Positions 9,713-19,061 are shown, counted from the first letter of the stretch. The stretch: 64,000 nucleotides of DNA from Nitrosomonas sp. (GCA_024282035.1 JAMWZR010000002.1:49954-113953); one strand, 5' to 3'. The notes: generated by a model from the letters alone, not told the origin. Program-made: numbers and translations.

Positions 9713-12616
9713 ATGTCGCCAAACGATAAGATCAGAACTGATTTCAATCCAGCAGCAACATCGCGCCCAACAGACCGTGTCGCCAATGATTTTTCAGATT
9801 TGCAGATTCAGTTCCTGCAAAGTCGGATCGATCAACTGGAAACCATCTTGAATCAGGTGGATGCCTACATTTATACCAAGGACCGGGTCGGGCGGTACAC
9901 GTATGCCAATCAGCATGTGCTGAATCTATTCGGCAAGACTCTGGAGGAAGTCATCGGTCATGAAGATCGGCAATTTTTTGACCTGACGCTTTCCGACGAC
10001 CTGGTTTTCAATGACAGTTGTGTGATTGGGCTGGGGCAGACCATCCGGCGGGAAGAAAGGAATGTCATCAAGTCGACCGGAGAAACCCGCATTTACTGGA
10101 CTGTCAAACAACCCATTTATAGTGCAACCGGAGAAATCATCGGTGAACTCGGTATTTCTACTGATATTACCGAACGCAAGCTGGCGGAGGAGATGTGGCA
10201 CTTCCACAGTACGGTACTGCATAGTCTGCCTGTCGGCATTTGCCTGGTTCGCGCCAGTGATGAACGAATTATTTTCAGCAACCCGGAGTTCGAGTGCAGA
10301 TTTGGTTATGGTTCGGAAGAACTGCTGGAACAGCCTCTGCGCCTGATTGCTATGTACACAGTCTCCGGACCCTTGGCGATCACCACCCTGGCCAAGGAAC
10401 TCGAGCGGACCGGAATCTGGACTGGTGAAGTGTTTGGCAGCAAGAAAGATGGGACCGTATTCTGGTGTGTTGCAACATTGTCCGTCTATCAGCATCCGGT
10501 GCATGGCAAGACCTGGGCGCTGGCCTTGATCAATATCACAGCGCACAAGCAGGTCGAAGACATGCTGCGGGTGACTTCACAGCGATTGTCTCTGGCTACG
10601 CGCACTGCGGGTATCGGTATCTGGGAGTGGGATGTCGTGCAGGACAAGCTGATCTGGGATGATCAGATGCTTACCCTCTATGGTCTGTCGCGGCACGACT
10701 TTCGGGGTAACTACAATAACTGGAGCGAGCGGATTCATCCGGAAGATCTATCGCGTGTCGAAAAGGAAATTCAACTGACGCTGCGTGGCGAAACGGATTT
10801 CAACACCGAATTTCGCGTGTGCAGGAATGATGGCAGCGTGCGCCATATTTACGCAATCGCTGCGATCAAGCAGGATGTGTTCGGGCGTCCGGTTTGCATG
10901 GTGGGAACAAACTGGGATATCACCAGCCTGCGGGAAACCTATGATTCCATGTTGCTGGCCAACAGTATCTACCAGGCCAGCGGCGAAGCGATCATGGTGA
11001 TCGATGAATACAAGATGATCAAGCAGGTCAATCCGGCCTTTACCCGTCTGACCGGTTATGAACTATCCGAAGTCATTGAACGGATTCCGCAAATCCTCAA
11101 CGCCGAATTCCATGACAAATCGTTTTACCAGTCGATATGGCGCAGCATCAGAAAAAAGAAATACTGGCAGGGTGAAATACGCGATCGGCATCGCGATGGC
11201 ACGATGCATACACGCTGGCTCAGCATAAACGTGATTTTCCGTTCCAGCGGCCAAATTTACGGTTATATCGTGCAGTTCTCCGATATTACCGAGAAAAAGA
11301 ACAGTGAAGAACTGATCCTGATGCAGACCAATTTCGATCAACTGACGATGCTGCCCAATCGCTTCCTGTTCAAGGACAGGCTGGATCAGGACATGCGCAA
11401 GGCGCACCGCAATGTGCAGTCGTTGGCACTGATCTACCTCGATCTGGATCATTTCAAGGACATCAACGACACGCTCGGCCATGCAGCAGGCGATCACCTG
11501 CTAAAGGAAGTCGGCAAGCGCATCAAGGCGTGCGTACGTGACACCGATACGGTTGCCCGTCTGGGTGGAGACGAATTCGCCATCATCTTGCCGAATATCG
11601 AGTTCAAACATGGGGTCGAGAAAATTGCTCGCCATATTATTCAGGAACTGAACGTGCCATTTCACATCCTGACAGATCAAGCCGAATATCATATTTCCAC
11701 CAGCATTGGCATTGCATTTTACCCGCAGGATGGTCATGACGTTGACAGCATGATGAAACATGCGGATCAGGCCATGTATGCAGCCAAACAGGCTGGGCGT
11801 GACCGTTTCTGTTATTTCACGCCGTTGTTGCAGCAAAAGGCCGATGAAAAAATGATTTTGACCAATGATTTGCGTAAGGCACTGGAGCGCAATGAAATGC
11901 AGGTTTACTATCAGCCTATCCTGGATCTGCACGACAAGCGCATCATCAAGGCCGAAGCCTTGCTGCGCTGGCACCACCCCCAGCGTGGCGTGATCAGTCC
12001 GCAAGTTTTCATTCCGTTGGCCGAGGAAAATGGTCTGATCATGGAAATCGGTGAATGGGTTTTCAATCAGTCGCTCAAGCACATTCAGCAATGGATCGAT
12101 CAATCCGGTGTCATGATCCAGGTCAGTATCAATAAATCACCGATACAGTTCCGCGAACACGACGAACCACGCTGGCATAACAAACTGGTGGCAGTGAATC
12201 TGCCGGGCAACTGCATCAATGTCGAAATTACCGAAGGCCTGTTGCTGCGTAGTTCGCAGACGGTACAGAATTTTCTGCTGGAATTCCGCAACAAGGGCAT
12301 CGAGGTGTCAATCGATGATTTCGGTACCGGATTTTCGTCGTTATCCTACCTCAAGGAATTTGATATCGACTATATCAAGATCGACCGTTCCTTCATCAGT
12401 AACCTCAGCAGTAACGCCACCGACCGGGCGCTGGTCGAGGCCATCATCGTCATGGCGCACAAACTGGACATCAAAACCATTGCCGAAGGTGTGGAAACCG
12501 AAGAACAGCAAGACTTGCTGCATGGATTCGGCTGTGACTATGTCCAGGGTTTTCTGTATTCTCCACCCGTTCCGACCATGGAATTTGAAAAGATGTTGTT
12601 GTCTGTCGCACAATAG
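9713..12616 (+). CDS. Multi-PAS/PAC diguanylate cyclase/phosphodiesterase (GGDEF-EAL)
   Basis: Four PAS domains, RDTDTVARLGGDEF, KAEALLRW and DDFGTGFSSLSYL. Confidence 0.95.
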   Translation: MSPNDKIRTDFNPAATSRPTDRVANDFSDLQIQFLQSRIDQLETILNQVDAYIYTKDRVGRYTYANQHVLNLFGKTLEEVIGHEDRQFFDLTLSDDLVFNDSCVIGLGQTIRREERNVIKSTGETRIYWTVKQPIYSATGEIIGELGISTDITERKLAEEMWHFHSTVLHSLPVGICLVRASDERIIFSNPEFECRFGYGSEELLEQPLRLIAMYTVSGPLAITTLAKELERTGIWTGEVFGSKKDGTVFWCVATLSVYQHPVHGKTWALALINITAHKQVEDMLRVTSQRLSLATRTAGIGIWEWDVVQDKLIWDDQMLTLYGLSRHDFRGNYNNWSERIHPEDLSRVEKEIQLTLRGETDFNTEFRVCRNDGSVRHIYAIAAIKQDVFGRPVCMVGTNWDITSLRETYDSMLLANSIYQASGEAIMVIDEYKMIKQVNPAFTRLTGYELSEVIERIPQILNAEFHDKSFYQSIWRSIRKKKYWQGEIRDRHRDGTMHTRWLSINVIFRSSGQIYGYIVQFSDITEKKNSEELILMQTNFDQLTMLPNRFLFKDRLDQDMRKAHRNVQSLALIYLDLDHFKDINDTLGHAAGDHLLKEVGKRIKACVRDTDTVARLGGDEFAIILPNIEFKHGVEKIARHIIQELNVPFHILTDQAEYHISTSIGIAFYPQDGHDVDSMMKHADQAMYAAKQAGRDRFCYFTPLLQQKADEKMILTNDLRKALERNEMQVYYQPILDLHDKRIIKAEALLRWHHPQRGVISPQVFIPLAEENGLIMEIGEWVFNQSLKHIQQWIDQSGVMIQVSINKSPIQFREHDEPRWHNKLVAVNLPGNCINVEITEGLLLRSSQTVQNFLLEFRNKGIEVSIDDFGTGFSSLSYLKEFDIDYIKIDRSFISNLSSNATDRALVEAIIVMAHKLDIKTIAEGVETEEQQDLLHGFGCDYVQGFLYSPPVPTMEFEKMLLSVAQ

Positions 12617-12689
12617 CCCTGACACGCATGCCGATTGGGCATGATCTGCTATTACAAATATTGCCAATGAGGAGGAAGGGTTGGTGCCT

Positions 12690-13862
12690 ATGCGGATAGC
12701 GCTGCTGATTATTTTCCTGTTGACCGGTTGTGCATCGCCGATGGCGCTGAATCGTGCAGTGCTGGCTTACGATGATGCGGTCACCGATGCCCTGTCACAG
12801 CAGCTTTTGATCAATATCGTGCGGGCTTATCATCGCCAACCCGTGCATTTTACCGGTGTGTCGAATGTTGCTGCGACCTTCACATTTTCAGCCAGTGCGG
12901 GTGCCACGCCAGCGTTGGGCGGACTGGCGGGAGCCAGCATGCTGCCCATTTTTGGTGTGGGAGTGGCTGAAAGCCCGACCATCAGTATTGTGCCGATCGA
13001 GGGGGAAGAATTCACCAAGCGCTTACTGACACCGTTTCCGCAAAGCAAATTAACCCTGCTGTTGCGACAGCGCTTTGATGTGGATCTCCTGTTGCGCATG
13101 ATGACACAGGAAGTGCGTTTGCTGCATGATGGCCAGCATGGTAGCTACCGCAATCATCCGGCAGACAAAGAAGGCTATGAAATGTTTCGTCGCATCGTGT
13201 TGCACTTGTCGGCCATTCAGGACAGAAACGAACTGTATGTGGAACCACTGGCGCTGACGCAAACATGGACCATTCCGGCGGGCAATATTTCCGCTGAGGG
13301 CTTTCAGTCCTTGCAGCAGGAATTCAATGTGCGCCACAATCCCCAGGATAATACCTACACGCTGCGCAAGCAGGTTCCTGGCCCCATTCTGATCACCAAC
13401 CACGATCCGGGCACGCTGACGGATGCAGAACGTGCGGAATTGACGCAACTGACCGGCGACTGGAATGTCAGCGACATTGCATTTGATGTTCGCCCGGATC
13501 ACTATGGTGGTGACTGGCCGATGAGCGGAGTATTCCGGCTCAGGAGCTTCCATTCGATACTGGGTTTTCTCGGCAAGGCATTGGGTGAGGATCGCGGTTA
13601 TCACGTTGACAAGGATCCCCGGACACCACCGGTGCTCGGCAACGAAAATCCGGATTTGACGATGGAATTCATCGTTTCTGATACGCCGCCTGCCGGAACC
13701 GATCTGTCCGTCCGCTGGGAGGGGCGTCATTACGCGGTCGACACCACTGGCAAGCATGCACGCTGGAACCGCGACGCTTTTCAGTTGCTGTTTCTATTGT
13801 TTCAGATGACCGTTACCGACATTCCGCGTGCTGGCGTGCCGAGTATCACGATTGCCAAATGA
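12690..13862 (+). CDS. Hypothetical lipoprotein
   Basis: 390-aa ORF with lipobox LLTGC after a hydrophobic N-terminus; GAGGAGG lies upstream. Confidence 0.8.
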   Translation: MRIALLIIFLLTGCASPMALNRAVLAYDDAVTDALSQQLLINIVRAYHRQPVHFTGVSNVAATFTFSASAGATPALGGLAGASMLPIFGVGVAESPTISIVPIEGEEFTKRLLTPFPQSKLTLLLRQRFDVDLLLRMMTQEVRLLHDGQHGSYRNHPADKEGYEMFRRIVLHLSAIQDRNELYVEPLALTQTWTIPAGNISAEGFQSLQQEFNVRHNPQDNTYTLRKQVPGPILITNHDPGTLTDAERAELTQLTGDWNVSDIAFDVRPDHYGGDWPMSGVFRLRSFHSILGFLGKALGEDRGYHVDKDPRTPPVLGNENPDLTMEFIVSDTPPAGTDLSVRWEGRHYAVDTTGKHARWNRDAFQLLFLLFQMTVTDIPRAGVPSITIAK

Positions 13863-13864
13863 TG

Positions 13865-14188
13865 TCAGAGGGAGGGCGGTTTGCGGGTTTTTTTGACAGG
13901 AGCAGCGGGTAGCACGCTGGTGATCGTTTGGTAGCGCTCGAACAGAAACGCCACGCGTTCGGCGTTTCGTCCATGATGTTTTGGAACAGCGAGACGAAAA
14001 TCGCCGGGGAAATGCCGTTCCAGTCGATCACACAGCAGTACAGCAGTGCGACGCGCATGGTCGGGGTCGAAGCTGGCGAACGGCAGGCGCTCCTCGAACA
14101 GTTGTGCCAGTTGCGGAGCCAGGTCGCTGCCGTCCTCGCGCGTTTCCTGCTCGATGAATTCGGTGAACTGTGTACGCTCGAAAACGCC
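13865..14188 (-). pseudogene. Remnant of an MmeI-family (type IIL) restriction-modification gene
   Basis: Minus strand reads GVFERTQFTEFIEQETREDGSDLAPQLAQLFEERLPFASFD, then after a frameshift PTMRVALLYCCVIDWNGISPAIFVSLFQNIMD, then in the first frame NAERVAFLFERYQTITSVLPAAPVKKTRKPPSL*. These match MmeI-family motifs EDGSDL, DWxxISPAIFGSLFQxIMD and the C-terminal RxAFLFExYQ (from recall). No start codon. Confidence 0.8.
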
Positions 14189-14234
14189 AAGATTCGCCTG
14201 TGGTATGATTTTCCCTCATTATCAGGAGCAAGGT

Positions 14235-15200
14235 ATGCGCGCTATTTTTCTGGATTTCGGTTCGGTCACTCGCGGCGATATGGACTGCGCCGCGTTGGAG
14301 CGAGCGATTACACCGTGGCGGTTTTATCACGACAGCACTGAGGCGGAAGTGCCCGAGCGCATCTGCGACACTGAAGTGATCGTCAGCAACAAGGTGTACA
14401 TCGGTCGCGCGGCGATTGCGGCGGCGAAACAACTCAAGCTGATTTGCATTGCCGCAACTGGTTACAACAATGTCGACTTGGCGGCCGCTGCTGAATACGG
14501 TGTGCCGGTGTGCAACGTGCGCGGCTACGCTACGCCGTCGGTGGTCGAGCATGTGTTCATGCTGATGCTGAACCTGGCTCGGCAGTTTTCCAATTACCAG
14601 GTTCTGGTCAAACGAGGCGGCTGGCAAGAGAGCCAGTTTTTCTGTCCACTCGATTTTCCAGTCATCGAGTTGTCCGGCAAAACGCTTGGTATCATTGGTT
14701 ATGGCGAACTCGGGCATGCGGTAGCGCAGGTTGCGCGGGCGTTCGGCATGCAGGTGCTGATCGCGGATCACAAGGGCAAGCCGCCGCGCGCCGGTAGAGC
14801 CGCGTTTGACGATGTGCTGCGGCAGGCGGATTTCGTCACGCTGCATTGTCCGTTGTCGCCAGATACGCAGCATCTGTTCAGTCGCCGCGAACTGGAGTTG
14901 ATGCAATCGACCGCTTATCTGATCAATACCGCACGTGGCGGACTGATCAACGAAGCCGATTTGCTGCAGGGTTTGTCTGATGGCCAGATCGCCGGAGCAG
15001 CTATCGACGTGATTCAGGGCGAACCGCCCGGTCTGGATAACCCGATCCTGCGCGATTTGCCGCCAAACTTGATCGTCACACCGCACATTGCCTGGGCCAG
15101 CCGAGAATCCCGGCAACGGCTGCTGGATCAGTTGGCGGGCAATATCCATAACTTTTTCCAACATCAACCCTTTAATCAGATTATCGATGCGCTGAACTGA
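14235..15200 (+). CDS. hprA: D-2-hydroxyacid dehydrogenase (glycerate dehydrogenase/hydroxypyruvate reductase-like)
   Basis: MRAIFLD start after AGGAG; ATGYNNVD, GIIGYGELG, LINTARGGL and LIVTPHIAW motifs. The upstream extension in the ORF track (14046) is spurious. Confidence 0.85.
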   Translation: MRAIFLDFGSVTRGDMDCAALERAITPWRFYHDSTEAEVPERICDTEVIVSNKVYIGRAAIAAAKQLKLICIAATGYNNVDLAAAAEYGVPVCNVRGYATPSVVEHVFMLMLNLARQFSNYQVLVKRGGWQESQFFCPLDFPVIELSGKTLGIIGYGELGHAVAQVARAFGMQVLIADHKGKPPRAGRAAFDDVLRQADFVTLHCPLSPDTQHLFSRRELELMQSTAYLINTARGGLINEADLLQGLSDGQIAGAAIDVIQGEPPGLDNPILRDLPPNLIVTPHIAWASRESRQRLLDQLAGNIHNFFQHQPFNQIIDALN

Positions 15201-15237
15201 ACCGCTAACAGCCGAGCGCAGCTTTCAGGAGTGACTC

Positions 15238-15570
15238 ATGCAACACTGGATTTTTCTGGCCTTGGCCATCATTAGCGAAGTAATTGCCACATCTTTTTTG
15301 AAAGCCGCAGAAGGGTTTACCCGGTTGTGGCCATCGCTGGTGGTCGTCATTGGTTATCTGCTGGCTTTTTATCTGCTGTCGCTGACGCTGAGAACGATAC
15401 CGGTTGGTGTGGCCTACGCGATCTGGTCTGGTGTGGGTATCGTGCTGATAGCGTTAAGCGGCTGGTTATTCCTCGGGCAATCGCTGGACCTACCCGCCCT
15501 GATCGGGCTGGCGCTGATCATTGTCGGAGTCGTGGTGATCAACTTTTTTTCCAATACGGTTTCGCATTGA
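15238..15570 (+). CDS. SMR family small multidrug efflux transporter (EmrE/QacE-like)
   Basis: 110 aa, four TM segments, conserved membrane Glu (AIISEVIAT) and PVGVAYAIWSGVG. Confidence 0.92.
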   Translation: MQHWIFLALAIISEVIATSFLKAAEGFTRLWPSLVVVIGYLLAFYLLSLTLRTIPVGVAYAIWSGVGIVLIALSGWLFLGQSLDLPALIGLALIIVGVVVINFFSNTVSH

Positions 15571-15808
15571 AGCCGTCATTTCGCTAGTAACAATCCATCC
15601 AGTACCCGTGAATTCGTTTATCTGCTCCGTGAGCAACTCTTTTCAGTCATGGTTCAGGGTGCAAAATCTAAACTCCTTTACTTCGTAAAACCGCATGCAC
15701 GTGAGGCGCACAAGCGATGGTCAATAAATCATTGGTTTGAGTGGTCTTTCTCACAGAAAAATAAAAGCTCTGCGGGTATATTGAGCAACACTAACGAACG
15801 GAGGGATC

Positions 15809-16861
15809 ATGAAAAAGTATGCTGGTGTGATTGTGGGATTGTTATTGCTGGTGGCGAATGGTCACGCATCGTATTTCAATACCGAACGTCCGCAGAAAAT
15901 CATGGGATTGCTGCTGACCGAGGTGGGGCAGATTGACGAGATATGGGGATTCAGCAATGCGTTTGTGTTCATTCCAAAAAACTCCAGCGAGATCACCGAT
16001 TATCTGAATGCCAACCAATATGGATTGCTGAATGTAATCAGTATCGACAAGCTGCTGTTTGATCGCGAGCGCGGTATGTATCACACCGATACCCGTGCCA
16101 TCATGTCAGCGATACACAGCGCCAGTCGGCAGGGAGAGGAAATGCTGTTCATGATGGATGAACCGATGTGGACGGTTCGAAATGCCTGCATGGTCGGAAA
16201 GAAAGTGGCTTGCGACGATATCGAAAACGGCTATACCGAAACATTGGCCACTTTGAGAACAATTGGTCAACAGCTGCGCCAGGAATTTCCGGGTTCGGGT
16301 GTGATGCATATCGAAGCCTGGGCCGAGTTAGTTTTGCAGAAAAAGAAACATCCTGATGCTAATGTCATCATGCTGGATGATGCTGAGTACCTGGGATTCG
16401 ATTGCTATGGAAAATTTGATCGCTGTGGATCAGACGAATATGGCTACTACTCTCAGGTTGAGTTTGGTATCGAAGTTTGGAGTACATTACATGCTTTGGA
16501 AGCGGATAATCCGATCGGTCGCAAGATGTTTCTGATTCCCGGCGCATTTGCCAATGAGCGTATTTTCAAGAGTACGGACGAGATCAAAGATCAACTGCTC
16601 GCCTTTGCGCAAATTCTGGAGCAGTACGATCAAGTCACTGGATTCGGTATTTTTCTATGGGGTGATATGCTGGAAAACAATCAGGTTGTTCAAGGCGCAC
16701 GTGGGCTTCAGGACGTGGTTGATTACATCGTCGCGATAGCCGATTATTTCAAAATTGGAAGTTCCAGACCCCAGAATGATGCAGTTAACTTGGATTTTCG
16801 AGAAATTTGGGGGCAAATCAAGGAAACCCTATCCGGTTTATTCGTGAGTCAGAAATCATGA
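15809..16861 (+). CDS. Hypothetical secreted protein, possibly TIM-barrel/glycoside-hydrolase-like
   Basis: 350-aa ORF with a Sec signal peptide (MKK...ANGHA) and GGAGG RBS. No family recognised with certainty. Confidence 0.75.
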   Translation: MKKYAGVIVGLLLLVANGHASYFNTERPQKIMGLLLTEVGQIDEIWGFSNAFVFIPKNSSEITDYLNANQYGLLNVISIDKLLFDRERGMYHTDTRAIMSAIHSASRQGEEMLFMMDEPMWTVRNACMVGKKVACDDIENGYTETLATLRTIGQQLRQEFPGSGVMHIEAWAELVLQKKKHPDANVIMLDDAEYLGFDCYGKFDRCGSDEYGYYSQVEFGIEVWSTLHALEADNPIGRKMFLIPGAFANERIFKSTDEIKDQLLAFAQILEQYDQVTGFGIFLWGDMLENNQVVQGARGLQDVVDYIVAIADYFKIGSSRPQNDAVNLDFREIWGQIKETLSGLFVSQKS

Positions 16862-17263
16862 TCCGGTGAGCATATCGCCATCCACATAAAACCAGCGCCC
16901 CTGTTCAAATACAAACCGGCTGCGTTCGTGCAGCCGATAGGCTTTGCCGTTCTGCTTGTAGCGTGCAATAAATTCCACCACAGCACAATTAGGTGCAAAT
17001 GGATCGTGCTGTTTGACGGTCAAGCCGAGCCACTGGTTTTGTTGATGATCGCTCAGTGCCAGTGCTCCCGGTCGTGTAGTGGCATGCCAAGTAGCCAGAA
17101 GATAATCTTCCCGACGCAAGACATACGCGGTGTAGCGGGAGCGCATCAATGTTTCAGCCGTTTGTGCCACTTCTCCTCGGTCCAGATACAACCCACAGCA
17201 AGCTTCATAGGACAGTGTTTTGCCGCATGGGCAGTTCTGGGGTATCAGGGTGCGTTGTTTCAT
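16856..17263 (-). CDS. ychJ: YchJ family protein (SEC-C motif plus NTF2-like domain)
   Basis: CPCG...YEACC, TAETLMRSRYTAY, LHERSRF and WFYVDG motifs. Confidence 0.93.
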   Translation of the reverse strand: MKQRTLIPQNCPCGKTLSYEACCGLYLDRGEVAQTAETLMRSRYTAYVLRREDYLLATWHATTRPGALALSDHQQNQWLGLTVKQHDPFAPNCAVVEFIARYKQNGKAYRLHERSRFVFEQGRWFYVDGDMLTGS

Positions 17264-17633
17264 GATTGAGTGATGAAAGTGTCAGTGTAGCTGCAATTGG
17301 GTAACAGTCTCGGTTTTCGTCGATTGTCAGAATAATGATTACATTCGAGTGCTTGACTGATTGTTGCTAGTTTACCGGAAGGTGCCGAACTCAAACCAAG
17401 CCGAATTGTAAAATGAAACATGGATTGTCTTGCTACTGACGTTTCGTCGCGATCGTCTGCTTCTCTGATTAGTTTCAAAACGCTTGATGCATAAGTGTTT
17501 CCATGGTTGTTCCTGATACTGATCGTTGACCCTTTTCGTAATACAATGTTAGAGTGCTGCCCATAAGTGAATCATGGTTTTACCTGATTCTTTATGGGGG
17601 AAGTACTTTTTAATTACAGAGAGAGAGGGAGTT

Positions 17634-19019
17634 ATGCGATATGAATCAAAATATCAAAAACAAATGATTCGCGCGATGACAGCGCTGACAATGCTGTCAG
17701 GAATGGGGTTGTCGAGTGTGCAGGCTAATAGCCTGATGACAACCACCAACAGCTTCATGAAAGTGCTGCAGGATAGTGGCATCAAAGCAGGTGGTTGGGT
17801 GCAGGGTGGAGCAACATTCAATCCAAGCCAAACGCATGGATTCATGGGGCCAGTTACATTTGCCGACCAGGCCAATCGTTTTCAGTTGAATCAACTGAAT
17901 TTCTATTTGGAGCGCGGCGTTAAAACCGAAGGTAAAGGTTGGGATATTGGCTTCAGGGCGGATTTCATGTTTGGTACCGATGCCATTTTTACCCAAGCTT
18001 ATGGTAATCCTGCATTCGATGTGAACAACGGCAGACCTTTGGCAGATCGGGGCAACTGGGATCTGGAAATCTGTTGTAACTCCAGCCGGACTTATGGCAT
18101 TGCCATTCCCCAAGCTTTTGCAGAGATTTATGCTCCAATTGGCAATGGATTGAATATCAAGGTGGGCCATTTTTATACGCCGATAGGCTATGAAACTGTT
18201 CCAGCGCCTAACAATTTCTTTTATACCCACGCCTATACCATGCAATATGGTGAGCCTTTCACCCATACCGGTGTTCTGGGAAACTACACGGTTAGCAAGA
18301 ACTGGACTGCAATGGCTGGAACGATTGGCGGGAGCGGAACGGGCGGTTGGGATGGCAATTTCGATCGAGAAATGGAGAATTGGGGGGGGATCGGAGGTGT
18401 TACCTGGACCAGCGACAACAAACGCACCTCATTTAATGTCAGTGGCACCGGTAGTACGACATCGACCCGTAACAGCAGTTTTTGGGGACTCTACAGCATC
18501 GTGCTGAAACACCAGCTAACTGACAAGGCGCATCTGATGCTGCAACATGATCACGGGTTTGCGGATAACGTGTTATTGGCAAACAACGTCTATGCTGGTG
18601 TCGTCAAGGATGCCGAATGGTACGGTGTCAACTCGCATTTCTATTATGACCTGACTCAGGATTTGTCCTTGGGTGTGCGGGCAGAATGGTTTCGCGATCG
18701 TGACGGATTTCGCGTGTTTGCACCGGGCAGGGTAGCAGCGGGTACCAATTATCTGGGAAGAAGTTACGCCAGTAATATTGGTTTGCTGGCCAGCAGTACA
18801 CCGGCAGATTATTACGCCGTTACCATTGGTGCCAACTGGAAAGCTGCCAGAACATTGAATATTGGGTGGCAAGGATTGAAGCAACTGAATATTCGTCCCA
18901 ATATCCGTTATGACCGCGTGGACGCCTTGCACGAATCGTTGCAGGCATCGGCTTACCGGCCATTCGGTGGCAACAAGGATCAAATCGTATTTTCACTGGA
19001 TGCCATTCTTCCTTTCTGA
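17634..19019 (+). CDS. Outer-membrane beta-barrel porin (putative BBP2/OmpL-like family)
   Basis: Signal peptide, FQLNQL, GHFYTPIGYETV, YTMQYGEPFTHTG, RAEWFRD motifs and terminal Phe. Confidence 0.85.
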   Translation: MRYESKYQKQMIRAMTALTMLSGMGLSSVQANSLMTTTNSFMKVLQDSGIKAGGWVQGGATFNPSQTHGFMGPVTFADQANRFQLNQLNFYLERGVKTEGKGWDIGFRADFMFGTDAIFTQAYGNPAFDVNNGRPLADRGNWDLEICCNSSRTYGIAIPQAFAEIYAPIGNGLNIKVGHFYTPIGYETVPAPNNFFYTHAYTMQYGEPFTHTGVLGNYTVSKNWTAMAGTIGGSGTGGWDGNFDREMENWGGIGGVTWTSDNKRTSFNVSGTGSTTSTRNSSFWGLYSIVLKHQLTDKAHLMLQHDHGFADNVLLANNVYAGVVKDAEWYGVNSHFYYDLTQDLSLGVRAEWFRDRDGFRVFAPGRVAAGTNYLGRSYASNIGLLASSTPADYYAVTIGANWKAARTLNIGWQGLKQLNIRPNIRYDRVDALHESLQASAYRPFGGNKDQIVFSLDAILPF

Positions 19020-19061
19020 GGAGATATCTGTTTTATGAATGTACGGATAAAATATGAAGAC

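Noticed and set aside
13928-14341. Plus-strand 137-aa ORF, minus-strand ORF 13846-14190 and the 14046 extension of hprA
   Set aside because: These are shadows of, or partial frames within, the MmeI-like remnant, not independent genes.
14028-15167. Long antisense ORFs (this one and 2467-3321, 6204-7043, 7605-8336, 35910-36692, 41589-42179, 43141-43698, 52693-53376)
   Set aside because: They lie opposite well-supported genes and read like typical antisense shadows of GC3-biased coding sequence.
15200-15700. Integron cassette context for the SMR (qac-like) gene
   Set aside because: No attC-like RYYYAAC...GTTRRRY inverted structure after the gene and no integrase in the window.
17330-17345. Fur-box-like AATAATGATTACATT upstream of the porin gene
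   Set aside because: Only one half matches GATAATGATAATCATTATC and the spacing is off by one; too weak in AT-rich DNA.
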